A program made the translations under genes and the position numbers. 64,000 nucleotides of DNA, taken from the IMG/VR virus record IMGVR_UViG_3300028558_000016, positions 214,014 to 278,013 of that record. One strand, 5' to 3'. The stretch's first letter is position 1. Each line of letters opens with the position of its first letter. Below the pieces are notes generated by a model that did no database searches, was not told where the DNA came from, and was given only the letters and a program-made list of their open reading frames with translations. Shown here in pieces: positions 18,678 to 27,882 of this stretch. Origin of the DNA: a virus.

Positions 18678-20183
18678 ATGTCGTCAACCGCAGAAAAAAC
18701 AAAGAAAAAAAACGACGAAGCCAAGGAAATCATCAACGACGTGTTGAAAAATGGCAAAGTTAAGAAGGACTTCTCTAAAGCAGAAGTAACGAGAGGAGAA
18801 ACCAGCAAAATCATCCTGCCTGAAGGCATGCCGTTGGAAACAGCAGCAGAGTGGATCAAGCGTCAAATAATCATGGAAGAGAAAGTTGTTACTTTCCACC
18901 AGGGTTTGAGAGCTTATCCTCTTGATGGGGCTTACGCGCTTTACCGTGCGATTGTCGACATCTTCGGATATGTTGATCTTGCGAAAGAAGAAGGGCCTTC
19001 AAGCTCAACTCCTCCGCACATGATCGGAATTAAGTTACCGGATGGAAGTAGCATTCAGGTTCCTTGGGGTCGCATGCAGTTCCCTGGTCTTGACAAGGAA
19101 TCTTTCTTGGAGACTAAATACAACAACCAAAAAATGGAATTCGAGATCCACGGACAATTCCGTAAAAAATTCGAGCCGGTTGTTGCGCGTATCGCAGACA
19201 GGACAATGGAAATCCTTCGCGACGAGTCGATCTACAAAGGACAAGCAATTAAGGTTGACCTTGCCTGGATCGCTAACAACGAATTTCCTTCGGATCCTAA
19301 GTTCTTAAAGGACATCATGAACATTAAGGATGAAGATGTTCTTATGAACGAAGCAACAAAATCAAACTACGGAACATCCGTATTGTTGCGTATCCAACGC
19401 TCTAAACTTTGCATTAAGAAAGGCATTCCATTGAAACATGGTTGCTTACTTGCTGGACCTTACGGTACCGGTAAAACCTTAACTGCAAAATGGACAGCTA
19501 AGAAAGCAGTTGAGAACAACTGGACTTTCATTTACCTTGAAGATTGCCGTCAGATGAAAGATGCTTTGCGCCTTGCAGAAATGTACGCGCCAGCAGTTGT
19601 GTTCGCTGAAGACATCGACAAAGCAATGGAAGGTGGACGTAGCACTCAGATGAATGAGATCTTAAATACCTTGGACGGTATCGATACTAAATCGAATCCA
19701 ATCATCACCATCCTAACAACCAATCACATCGACAATATCAACCCGGCGTTTTTACGTGCAGGTCGTATTGACAGCCTCATCCAAATGAGAGCTCTTGATG
19801 TGGAAATGGCTGCTCAATTCATTAAGAATTTTGGAAAAAATTCTGATGGAGAAAGCGTGTTAGCTGACGATGACTACTCAAAAGCAGCACAAGCATTAAC
19901 CGGAATTGTTCCTGCCTTCGCAAGCGAGGTAATGAACAAAGCGAAAATGAATGCTCTTTACAGAGGTGGAGAAGAAGAGAAAATCAACAACGAAGACATC
20001 GTTGCGGCAGCTCTTTCATTCAAGGAACACATCGCCTTCACTGAGGGTGCTGTTGAGAAATCACCATTGGAGAAACTTGGTAGCGCAGCAGCGACATACT
20101 GGGATCTTGTGGTACAATCAAAGAACCTTGCTGACACTGTGAATTCAACAAAAGCCGCGGCTCCTGTAGCTAAAGGCAAATAA
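18678..20183 (+). CDS. AAA+ ATPase
   Basis: Walker A GPYGTGKT, Walker B region VVFAEDID, AAA second-region-of-homology ILTTNHIDNINPAFLRAGRID. Confidence 0.75.
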   Translation: MSSTAEKTKKKNDEAKEIINDVLKNGKVKKDFSKAEVTRGETSKIILPEGMPLETAAEWIKRQIIMEEKVVTFHQGLRAYPLDGAYALYRAIVDIFGYVDLAKEEGPSSSTPPHMIGIKLPDGSSIQVPWGRMQFPGLDKESFLETKYNNQKMEFEIHGQFRKKFEPVVARIADRTMEILRDESIYKGQAIKVDLAWIANNEFPSDPKFLKDIMNIKDEDVLMNEATKSNYGTSVLLRIQRSKLCIKKGIPLKHGCLLAGPYGTGKTLTAKWTAKKAVENNWTFIYLEDCRQMKDALRLAEMYAPAVVFAEDIDKAMEGGRSTQMNEILNTLDGIDTKSNPIITILTTNHIDNINPAFLRAGRIDSLIQMRALDVEMAAQFIKNFGKNSDGESVLADDDYSKAAQALTGIVPAFASEVMNKAKMNALYRGGEEEKINNEDIVAAALSFKEHIAFTEGAVEKSPLEKLGSAAATYWDLVVQSKNLADTVNSTKAAAPVAKGK

Positions 20184-20201
20184 GAAATCACATTTCTAAT
20201 T

Positions 20202-20240
20202 AAAAGGGGGCCATTTCTGGTCCCCTTTTTTGTTTTTACT
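20202..20240 (+). terminator. rho-independent terminator
   Basis: AAAAGGGGGCC-ATTTCT-GGTCCCCTTTT then TTGTTTTT. Confidence 0.75.
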
Positions 20241-20265
20241 TGACAGATATTATTAGTATATTTGC
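20241..20265 (+). promoter_or_regulatory. candidate Bacteroidetes-type promoter (TTG ... TAnnTTTG)
   Basis: TTGACA at 20241 and TATATTTG at 20258-20265, upstream of gene 20308; spacing not canonical. Confidence 0.3.
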
Positions 20266-20307
20266 ATATTAAACGTAATACAAATGGCAGGCAACTAATT
20301 AAAACAA

Positions 20308-21084
20308 ATGGCAAAAATAAGAAAGCTTATTCTTGAGAGGAACAAAAAAATAAAACGCAAATACCTCAAGGAAACAACTGCAGGAAAAGACTCGGATGCC
20401 GTGATGGACGAACTTGCTAAACAGCATGACATTGGAAGATTTTATATTCGTACTATTCTGAAAGAAGAAGGAATAGAGATTGAAAGAAAAACAGAGTACG
20501 AAAGAAGCGACAAGGAAAAGCTTAACAAGAGAGACCAGGACATTATTGATTTGTTCAACACGGAAGTCGACCCTGACGATATTGCAAAAAAATTCAAACT
20601 AACTCCAACGAGAGTAAGGCAGATTCTTCGTGCCAAACTTGGAAAAGCATTCAAGGTACCAAAGCTAAAACTCAAGCTTGAGGAAATAAAAAAAGAACTT
20701 GAGCAGGGAGTTCCATACGACACTATAGTCGATAAATATGGAAAGAATGTAATCAAGCAAATAAAATACAATCTCAGTTATAACATATTCAAGAAATCTC
20801 TCGAATACAAAATAAAAGACATTGTGTCAATGGCTAAAAGCGGTGAGGCTCCAAAAAAGATTGCAGACAAACATCGTGTGACGTTGAATTATACTTACAT
20901 GATACTTCACGACAATGGAATACGTTCTAAGATCTCAAAAGACGATAAAGAAAAGAGAGACTTGAAAATATTCAATGCAAGCAAAAAGAAAAGCGTGGAC
21001 GTCATAGCAGAAGAATTTGAATTGACTCCTACAATGGTGCGAATAATAATTTCTAAAATGAAACTAACTAAAACCCCTAAATAA
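20308..21084 (+). CDS. DNA-binding protein with four tandem sigma-70 region-4-like HTH repeats
   Basis: Repeats LAKQHDIGRFYIRTIL / IAKKFKLTPTRVRQILRAKL / IADKHRVTLNYTYMIL / IAEEFELTPTMVRIIISKM. Confidence 0.55.
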   Translation: MAKIRKLILERNKKIKRKYLKETTAGKDSDAVMDELAKQHDIGRFYIRTILKEEGIEIERKTEYERSDKEKLNKRDQDIIDLFNTEVDPDDIAKKFKLTPTRVRQILRAKLGKAFKVPKLKLKLEEIKKELEQGVPYDTIVDKYGKNVIKQIKYNLSYNIFKKSLEYKIKDIVSMAKSGEAPKKIADKHRVTLNYTYMILHDNGIRSKISKDDKEKRDLKIFNASKKKSVDVIAEEFELTPTMVRIIISKMKLTKTPK

Positions 21085-21566
21085 TGGCTCTCGAAATAGA
21101 AAGACGAATATTGCTTAAAAACATCCCTCTTCCAATATTTGAATTTGACGAACATCAAGTCATTCGTCAATTTTATGCTCCAACTGGAAGATTGAGAGAA
21201 GTTTCCATTATCAAAGGGAAAAAATGTTTGACTAAATACATCAGAACAAACAAGACTGCTATATCTGAAGGTGTTAACGATGAAAAAGAAGAAGAGATTT
21301 CCAAAAAACAATTCTATAAGGAAATAAAAAGATCCACACGAGCTCTGACCAAGATCAGATACATCAAGAAGGTTGGAAAATATAAATGGGAAGTGGATGT
21401 TTTTGATTTCAAACTTGTCATCGCTGAAATAGAAGTAAAAACAAAGAAAGAATTGAAGACTGTGAAAATTCCAGGCTTCATCAAAAAAGTAATGATCAAA
21501 GACATCACCGGAGAAAAACCATTCTCCAATTTTAATTTAGCAGATAAGTGGAAAAAGAAGAATTAA
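21084..21566 (+). CDS. hypothetical protein
   Basis: 160 aa; ATGG overlap. Confidence 0.5.
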   Translation: MALEIERRILLKNIPLPIFEFDEHQVIRQFYAPTGRLREVSIIKGKKCLTKYIRTNKTAISEGVNDEKEEEISKKQFYKEIKRSTRALTKIRYIKKVGKYKWEVDVFDFKLVIAEIEVKTKKELKTVKIPGFIKKVMIKDITGEKPFSNFNLADKWKKKN

Positions 21567-21913
21567 TAAAACATGCAGATCAGGAATTGCAATGGTTAAG
21601 ATATTATGCTCTCGCAGATGTAGATCAAAAAACGTATCCTAACAAAAATGGTCGTAACAATTTCGACCCTAATAGATCTCCTTATGATCAATTAGTAAGC
21701 ATCGGATATACTAAAAGAGTGATTGGTCTCGATAGAAGATGTGCATTCATGCGTGTCACAGCAGAAACCCCTCTGATAGAAACCCCTCTAAGCAATATCG
21801 TAGATGCAGGTGGTGAACCAAGAAACCCAGATAAAAATATTTTAAGCGCTTTAGAAATATTATTGCTCAAATGTCCTGAAGAGCATGAGAGAATAGTAAA
21901 TTACCTCAAATAA
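21548..21913 (+). CDS. hypothetical protein
   Basis: 121 aa. Confidence 0.45.
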   Translation: MEKEELIKHADQELQWLRYYALADVDQKTYPNKNGRNNFDPNRSPYDQLVSIGYTKRVIGLDRRCAFMRVTAETPLIETPLSNIVDAGGEPRNPDKNILSALEILLLKCPEEHERIVNYLK

Positions 21914-21960
21914 CCGAAACAAGGTTTCTTCATCCTGGTATAACTTCAAAACATACCAAG

Positions 21961-22410
21961 ATGAAAGAAGTAAAAATCTTTAAATTACGAAGCGTAAAAA
22001 CCCCTCAAAGGGGAACACCTAAATCGGCGGGAATAGATTTCTTTATCCCGGACGATTTTCCAAGAACAGAACTGTTGCCTCATCAATCGGTATTAATACC
22101 GTCAGGCATCAAAGTAAAATTACCAGAAGGTTATGCACTTGTTGCAAACAACAAATCTGGAATTGCATCAAAAAAACAATTGATCATTGGCGCTTCCGTC
22201 GTCGATGAAGATTATCAAGGAGAAATTCATCTCAACCTCATCAACACAGGACACGTGAATGCAATCATCGCACCAGGCGATAAAATCATTCAATTCCTTC
22301 TTGAAAAACAAGAATATGCTTCTGTTATTGAAGTTGGTTCTGAGGATGAATTATTTAATGGCGTCGTAACAGAAAGAGGCGCAGGCGGATTTGGTTCTAC
22401 TGGAGTTTAA
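21961..22410 (+). CDS. dut: dUTP diphosphatase
   Basis: All five dUTPase motifs visible: AGIDFF, IPSG, IIGASVVDEDYQGE, RGAGGFGSTG. Confidence 0.9.
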   Translation: MKEVKIFKLRSVKTPQRGTPKSAGIDFFIPDDFPRTELLPHQSVLIPSGIKVKLPEGYALVANNKSGIASKKQLIIGASVVDEDYQGEIHLNLINTGHVNAIIAPGDKIIQFLLEKQEYASVIEVGSEDELFNGVVTERGAGGFGSTGV

Positions 22411-22427
22411 CTAAAAAAATTAATCAC

Positions 22428-23072
22428 ATGGGAAATGACGTTTGGGGAGGAAAACCCGGCATGGAAGCCGAGGATAAAAAATCTGTAACTACGCCAATAG
22501 TAAGCGCAGGAAGCAGTGATAGAGTAGATTCACTTGGATCTAAAATTTTCTTTTATTCTTCGGTTGTCGAAGATAAAATTCTTGATCTCAATAAACACTT
22601 GCATGAAATATCTGGAAAGATGGCTGCAAGAAATTTTGAAAATTCTTTAGGCGACAATGCTTTAATTACAACACCCATAATGTTGCACATTAAATCTTAT
22701 GGTGGTTCAGTGTTCGCAGGACTTGCTGCAATGGATACAATCATTGATATTAAAAAGAGAGTTCCAGTTTACACAATTGTAGAAGGATGTGCAGCAAGCG
22801 CAGGAACTTTTCTTTCTTGTGTTGGTACAAAAAGATACATGCGCAAACATGCATGGCTGTTAATTCACCAATTGAGTTCTGGCTTCTGGGGAAAATACAG
22901 CGAGATAAAGGATGAAGTAGAAAATCTCGATCGTTTAATGGAAACAATCAAGAAGATTTACAAGGAGAATACAAAGGTTCCTATGAAGGAACTTGATGGC
23001 ATTCTTAAAAGAGACATTTGGTGGGATGCGCAGACTTGTTTGAAGTATGGATTAATAGATGAAATAATTTAA
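22428..23072 (+). CDS. ClpP-family serine protease (candidate prohead/processing protease)
   Basis: HIKSYGGSVFAGLAAMDTI (cf. INSPGGSVTAGLAIYDTM), Ser in EGCAASAGTFL, His in LLIHQL. Confidence 0.6.
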   Translation: MGNDVWGGKPGMEAEDKKSVTTPIVSAGSSDRVDSLGSKIFFYSSVVEDKILDLNKHLHEISGKMAARNFENSLGDNALITTPIMLHIKSYGGSVFAGLAAMDTIIDIKKRVPVYTIVEGCAASAGTFLSCVGTKRYMRKHAWLLIHQLSSGFWGKYSEIKDEVENLDRLMETIKKIYKENTKVPMKELDGILKRDIWWDAQTCLKYGLIDEII

Positions 23073-23073
23073 T

Positions 23074-23376
23074 ATGGAAGAAAAAGAATTGATAATACTC
23101 ACACATTATGTGAATGTTGGGAGTTCATCTCCAGAAACAGCAAAGCGTATAATGGAAAGAACCGTAGAAATGGTTTTGAGCGAGGATACAGATCCATTGT
23201 ATAGATTTAAACATTTTTTCTATCCTGTGAAAGATGAAGTCAATGCAAGAACAGAATGCATCTATCCTGTAAGACAAGGTCCAATGGGAATTCCTGGAGT
23301 TCCTGGAGATTATTTTGAATCGATTTTGAAAGACCTTGATAATAAGTACGAACAGCTTTTAGAAAAAATAGGATGA
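23074..23376 (+). CDS. hypothetical protein
   Basis: 100 aa. Confidence 0.45.
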   Translation: MEEKELIILTHYVNVGSSSPETAKRIMERTVEMVLSEDTDPLYRFKHFFYPVKDEVNARTECIYPVRQGPMGIPGVPGDYFESILKDLDNKYEQLLEKIG

Positions 23377-24836
23377 TACTCGATATAGAAAAAAGACCTC
23401 ACGAACTTGCATGCAGTTACTTCAATAAAGAAGGAACAATTGAATATGTAAGAATTCCAGTTCCATTGAACGAAAGATTCAATTGGTTAACTTGTAATGA
23501 CACGGATAAGGACAAGGACGTAGAATGGAAAACGTGGGACGAAAATCCTGTAAAGAAGATAATCGTAAAAGATGCAACTAAACTTTCTAAGTATAGATGT
23601 GAAGAGGTTATTTATCAACATACACAAGCAAATCCCGACTCTCCGTTATTGGAGTTTAATGTTCCAAGAAAGTATTTCATAGATATTGAGGTTGAGGTTC
23701 TTGATGGATTTCCAGATCCTGACACAGCACAAAATAAAATAACTGCAATATCAATCGCAGGCGCTGATAGCAAAAGGATTTTTGTTCTTGGTCTTAAACC
23801 ATTAACAGAAGCGCAATGTCACAAGATCGATGCCGACATCAACGGGCACTTTGCCAAGTTCGATGATAAATGGAATTTCCAATACAAGCAGTTTGATTCT
23901 GAGCATGACATGTTGGTTGAATTCTTTCAGAAGATATTACCTAACATGCCTTGCATAAGTGGATGGAATTTTTTCGGATACGATTGGAAGTACCTTCTTA
24001 ACAGAGCTTACAAATACAAGGATGTAAAACCAGAGAGATGTTCTCCGTCGAATACTTTAATAACAAAAAGAAATTCCGGTAATTCAGGAATTCCACAACA
24101 TAAGCTTATTGTGGATTACATGGAAATTTACAAGAAGTGGGATAAGGTTATCAAGGTAAGAGAAAACGATAAGCTTGATTATGTTGCCAAGATGGCAACA
24201 GGATTGGAGAAAATTAAATATCCAGGAAGCTTCACAGAGCTTTATGAAAGAGATTTTCAAAAGTTTATCTTCTATAACGCGGTCGATTCAATTCTGGTTC
24301 ATTACATCGATAAGAAGCTAAACACAATGTTGGCTTATCTTAAATTGGCACATGTTTCAGGAATAGAAATAAAGAAAGCATTCTCTCCTATTTGGATCAT
24401 GGAAGCAATGATGAACAGAAAATTCCTTGACAGAAAACAAGTATTCGTTTATTTGGGTGGAGATGAAGAAGATCAAAAACCATTTGATGGTGCGTATGTA
24501 AAAGAACCTTTGAGAGGATTTCACAATTGGGTTACATGTTATGACTTTGCATCTTTGTATCCTAATACCATGATGCAATTCAACATCAGTCCAGAAACAT
24601 TTGTTGGAAATAACGTTGAGCCTAAAGAAGGTCAGATCAAGGCCGGTGAGCACGTCAATGAATTTGGAAAAACATCTTGGAGAGTTTTCGATAACAGCTC
24701 TGACTCCATAATGAGAGTAATTTTAACAGAGCTTTATGGAAAGAGAAAAGAAACGAAACAAAAGTACCTCTCTATTAATAAAGAGATCGACGCTCTCAGC
24801 AAGTACATTTCAAAAGAACGATTAGAGAAAGCCTAA
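23373..24836 (+). CDS. family B DNA polymerase, N-terminal segment (3'-5' exonuclease + polymerase motif A)
   Basis: Exo I YFIDIEVE, Exo II WNFFGYDWKYL, Exo III YNAVDSIL, motif A YDFASLYPNTM; ends before motif B. Confidence 0.85.
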   Translation: MILDIEKRPHELACSYFNKEGTIEYVRIPVPLNERFNWLTCNDTDKDKDVEWKTWDENPVKKIIVKDATKLSKYRCEEVIYQHTQANPDSPLLEFNVPRKYFIDIEVEVLDGFPDPDTAQNKITAISIAGADSKRIFVLGLKPLTEAQCHKIDADINGHFAKFDDKWNFQYKQFDSEHDMLVEFFQKILPNMPCISGWNFFGYDWKYLLNRAYKYKDVKPERCSPSNTLITKRNSGNSGIPQHKLIVDYMEIYKKWDKVIKVRENDKLDYVAKMATGLEKIKYPGSFTELYERDFQKFIFYNAVDSILVHYIDKKLNTMLAYLKLAHVSGIEIKKAFSPIWIMEAMMNRKFLDRKQVFVYLGGDEEDQKPFDGAYVKEPLRGFHNWVTCYDFASLYPNTMMQFNISPETFVGNNVEPKEGQIKAGEHVNEFGKTSWRVFDNSSDSIMRVILTELYGKRKETKQKYLSINKEIDALSKYISKERLEKA

Positions 24837-24980
24837 TGGATCAAATTAACAAGGAAGAGTTTAAGAACATGGACATTTGGACAGGTACTCAAATTCTGAT
24901 TGACAAAATTAATCACCTCATGCAAGAGGTGGAAAAACTTAAAGAAGAAAACAAACAATTAAAAAACAACACCAACTATT

Positions 24981-25223
24981 ATGAACAATCATTATGTAGC
25001 AGTAGTCGCGTTTGAGACAGAAAAACTCGATGGCGAAGGAAATCCAAAAACCAAGAAATCTAAATTCTTAATCGAAGGGGTGACTCTTTATGATGCACAG
25101 GAGAGCCTGATGGCTTACTTGAAGACAGATTCAAGAGGATGGGACGTTAAATCTATCTCAGAGGCAAAATTCGAGGACATCATCGGACAAAAGAAAACTT
25201 CAAAGGTAGTAAAAATGGATTAA
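24981..25223 (+). CDS. hypothetical protein
   Basis: 80 aa. Confidence 0.4.
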   Translation: MNNHYVAVVAFETEKLDGEGNPKTKKSKFLIEGVTLYDAQESLMAYLKTDSRGWDVKSISEAKFEDIIGQKKTSKVVKMD

Positions 25224-25249
25224 TTTGAATCGAATCGATTATTCCACGA

Positions 25250-25289
25250 AAACCTCCGGAAATTTATTTTTCGGAGGTTTTTTATTTTA
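25250..25289 (+). terminator. rho-independent terminator
   Basis: AACCTCCG ... CGGAGGTT then TTTTTATTTT. Confidence 0.7.
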
Positions 25290-25345
25290 CTTTTTAAATA
25301 TATAGTTCAGACCTTCCTATTATAGGTAACCAAAAATAAGGTCAA

Positions 25346-26194
25346 TTGCTTGTGAAAAATTTTTTAAACGGATTGTTAGATAAAGTTGTTACTAATTTCG
25401 GATTTGACTCAAACCATGATTTCTCCTCTTCCATGATGCATGCTAATTTGCTGTTCTTCACTATACCAGTTGCCTTCATATCTTCCTTTATAGAAAACTA
25501 TTTTGGACTGCAGGCTGTTACCCTTATAGCTTTCGTGACGCTTATTGCACTGGAATTAATAACAGGAATAAGTTCTTCAAGAGTAAGGAAAATTCCATTA
25601 CAATCAAAGAGGTTCAGCAGATTTGGTTTTAAGCTTGTTATTTGGTTCTTGATATTCTTCATCCTTCAAACCATGAAGCTTCAATACAAGGACAATGCCG
25701 TCATAGGTGGAATATACAGTTGGCTGCACAGCAGCATCTTCATATATGTCACGCTTGAGTATTTGATCTCTGTTGTTGAGAACGTATCTGTCATCACGGG
25801 AGATAACAACAACGTCATCCTGCACATGATAAAGGGAACTGTTGGAAAATACATGAAGGTTAAAGAGAATGAGGCGGAAGAGTTCTTCCAAGTAAACGAT
25901 GAACTTTTATGTGTTCTGTCTGAAGAAGGTAAATTCAGAAAGGTAAATAAGGCATGGATGGAAGCACTTGGATACGATGAGAAATACATCCTCAATAAAA
26001 GCTTTAAGGAATTCGTTCATCCAGAGGATTTAAAGAAGACCAAGGAAGAATATGAGAAATTGAAATCATCTGGAACTATTTCAGGATTGATAAACAGGTA
26101 TAAGACAAAAGACGGCAATTACATCTATTTGTCATGGCACGCTAAAGGAGGTAAGAACGGAATGTTCTACTGCACCACAAAGGTCGTAATCTAA
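25346..26194 (+). CDS. holin-like membrane domain (Holin_4_1/TcdE-type) fused to a C-terminal PAS domain
   Basis: TM helices plus ELITGISSSRVRKIPLQSKRFSRFGFKLVIWFLIFF (cf. TcdE DTLLGCLSAIKSRKF..S.GIDGGIRKV). C-terminus LCVLSEEGKFRKVNKAWMEALGYDEKYILNKSFKEFVHPEDL...KTKDGNYIYL is PAS-like. TTG start as in track. Confidence 0.5.
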   Translation: MLVKNFLNGLLDKVVTNFGFDSNHDFSSSMMHANLLFFTIPVAFISSFIENYFGLQAVTLIAFVTLIALELITGISSSRVRKIPLQSKRFSRFGFKLVIWFLIFFILQTMKLQYKDNAVIGGIYSWLHSSIFIYVTLEYLISVVENVSVITGDNNNVILHMIKGTVGKYMKVKENEAEEFFQVNDELLCVLSEEGKFRKVNKAWMEALGYDEKYILNKSFKEFVHPEDLKKTKEEYEKLKSSGTISGLINRYKTKDGNYIYLSWHAKGGKNGMFYCTTKVVI

Positions 26195-26212
26195 TTAACA
26201 AAATCATAATAA

Positions 26213-26246
26213 GAGCCCTCGAAATTTCGAGGGCTTTTTTATTTTT
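26213..26246 (+). terminator. rho-independent terminator
   Basis: Perfect palindrome AGCCCTCGAAA/TTTCGAGGGCT then TTTTTTATTTTT. Confidence 0.8.
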
Positions 26247-26265
26247 ATTATATTGCAATAAGCAA

Positions 26266-26685
26266 ATGATAAAAGATAAAAGTCCATACAACCTTCTACA
26301 AGAAATATATTGGCCTGATGAATGGAAGATACTTATCTGTTGCATGTTTTTGAATCAAACCGGAAGGAAACAAGTAGACGCAGTTAGGGTTTCATTCTTT
26401 AAGAAATGGCCAAACGCAAAGAAGGCAGCAAAAGCAGATCCTGGAGAAATGAAAGAGATGATAAGGTCTCTTGGATTTGTCAACAGAAGAACTATTTCCA
26501 TCATTAAAATGAGCCAGGATTTCATCGAGAAGGATTGGAAGGAACCAAAGGAACTTTATGGAATTGGACAATACGGACAGGACTCTTATGACATATTCGT
26601 GAGAGGAAACATAAGGATAAAAAATCCATCTGATCATGTATTGAAAATGTATTTAAAATGGGCTAAACAATATAAAACAAAATAA
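26266..26685 (+). CDS. HhH-GPD-like (endonuclease III-family-like) small protein
   Basis: W..LICCMFLNQTGRKQV ... LYGIGQYGQDSYDIF helix-hairpin-helix-like; short (139 aa). Confidence 0.35.
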   Translation: MIKDKSPYNLLQEIYWPDEWKILICCMFLNQTGRKQVDAVRVSFFKKWPNAKKAAKADPGEMKEMIRSLGFVNRRTISIIKMSQDFIEKDWKEPKELYGIGQYGQDSYDIFVRGNIRIKNPSDHVLKMYLKWAKQYKTK

Positions 26686-26686
26686 C

Positions 26687-27049
26687 ATGGCAAAGAAGAA
26701 AATCAATCATGATTCCAAAGATTTCGTCACAGCATTAGGCATTGATAAGAATGACATAATAGATGCTGTGGAAACAGGATTTAAAATGCACATGACTGAA
26801 GAAAAACCTTTAAGCGAATGCATACTGGAAGTGGCAAAGAAACTAAAGAAAGGTAGAAAACCTACTGATAATGATCTAAAGATGTTTTCTGCCGGGATGG
26901 TATTATCTACTGCTTTATCAAGCGTTAGGGGTGAACCTCTGGGCGCTTTACTTAAAAGTATGAAAAAGCGCCAGGATAATGACCTGGCATTCACCACGGA
27001 TGACCTTCTAAAGTCTATTAGAGATGAAATGGATGGCCAGAAATCTTAG
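26687..27049 (+). CDS. hypothetical protein
   Basis: 120 aa. Confidence 0.45.
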   Translation: MAKKKINHDSKDFVTALGIDKNDIIDAVETGFKMHMTEEKPLSECILEVAKKLKKGRKPTDNDLKMFSAGMVLSTALSSVRGEPLGALLKSMKKRQDNDLAFTTDDLLKSIRDEMDGQKS

Positions 27050-27137
27050 AAAATTATTTTAACAAATATTTTTTTATTTGAAATTTAGTTCGTACTTTTA
27101 CAGTCCAAATCAGTTTAACAATTAAAAATAAATTATC

Positions 27138-27845
27138 ATGGGATTATTCTTTAAGGATGACGATGAAAAAAAGGAAGTAACGAAAAAGGATGAAAAAAAA
27201 CCTATCGTTAACAACACGGCAAAAAAAATTCCTTTGTCGATTATGTCGATTAACAACAAAAACAACACTACGGACGACTCGGATTTTTCCAGCCAGTTCA
27301 ACGGCACATCTTCCGTCGCAGGTGTGAAAAAACAGGAAATAGTTGAATACTTCGAAAAGATTTTTGAAGAGAACAATATTCCTGGACCTGATTACTTTGA
27401 ATTCAGGAAAGCTTTATTGAAGATGAAAAATGTTGCTCAGGATGATGCAACTAAAATCAAAACAGTTTTCATCGGATTTGAAGCGATGGGATTAACTCCA
27501 CAAAAACTTATAGAGACCACCGGTGTTTACAAAAAATTGTTTGCTGGAAAATTAACCCAATTCAATGGCGAACTTGAAAATGCGTTTAAAGAACAGATCG
27601 GAAAAAAACAAACACAGGTAGATGAGCTTTCAAAAGCCAACATCAAGATCGATGAAGAGATGCGTAAGCTTAATGAGCAAAAAATTGCAAATCAAAAAAC
27701 TGCCGAAAATCTAAACGCGGAAATTCAGAAGAACACTTCTGAGTTAAGCACATCAAAAAATGATTTCCATGCAACATACGATGACCTAATCAAGGAAATT
27801 GATGGTCACGTTGATTTGTTCACTAAACACCTTTTAAATCAATAA
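27138..27845 (+). CDS. coiled-coil protein
   Basis: 235 aa; K/D low-complexity N-part, coiled-coil C-part; CGN arginine codons. Confidence 0.5.
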   Translation: MGLFFKDDDEKKEVTKKDEKKPIVNNTAKKIPLSIMSINNKNNTTDDSDFSSQFNGTSSVAGVKKQEIVEYFEKIFEENNIPGPDYFEFRKALLKMKNVAQDDATKIKTVFIGFEAMGLTPQKLIETTGVYKKLFAGKLTQFNGELENAFKEQIGKKQTQVDELSKANIKIDEEMRKLNEQKIANQKTAENLNAEIQKNTSELSTSKNDFHATYDDLIKEIDGHVDLFTKHLLNQ

Positions 27846-27882
27846 TCACAAATATAAATCATCAACAAAAACCAAATCAAAT

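Noticed and set aside
18000-20183. Calling the coiled-coil/AAA pair a scaffold-maturation module or a host-derived island
   Set aside because: Composition and codon usage are suggestive, but there is no motif-level evidence for either. Left as function unknown.
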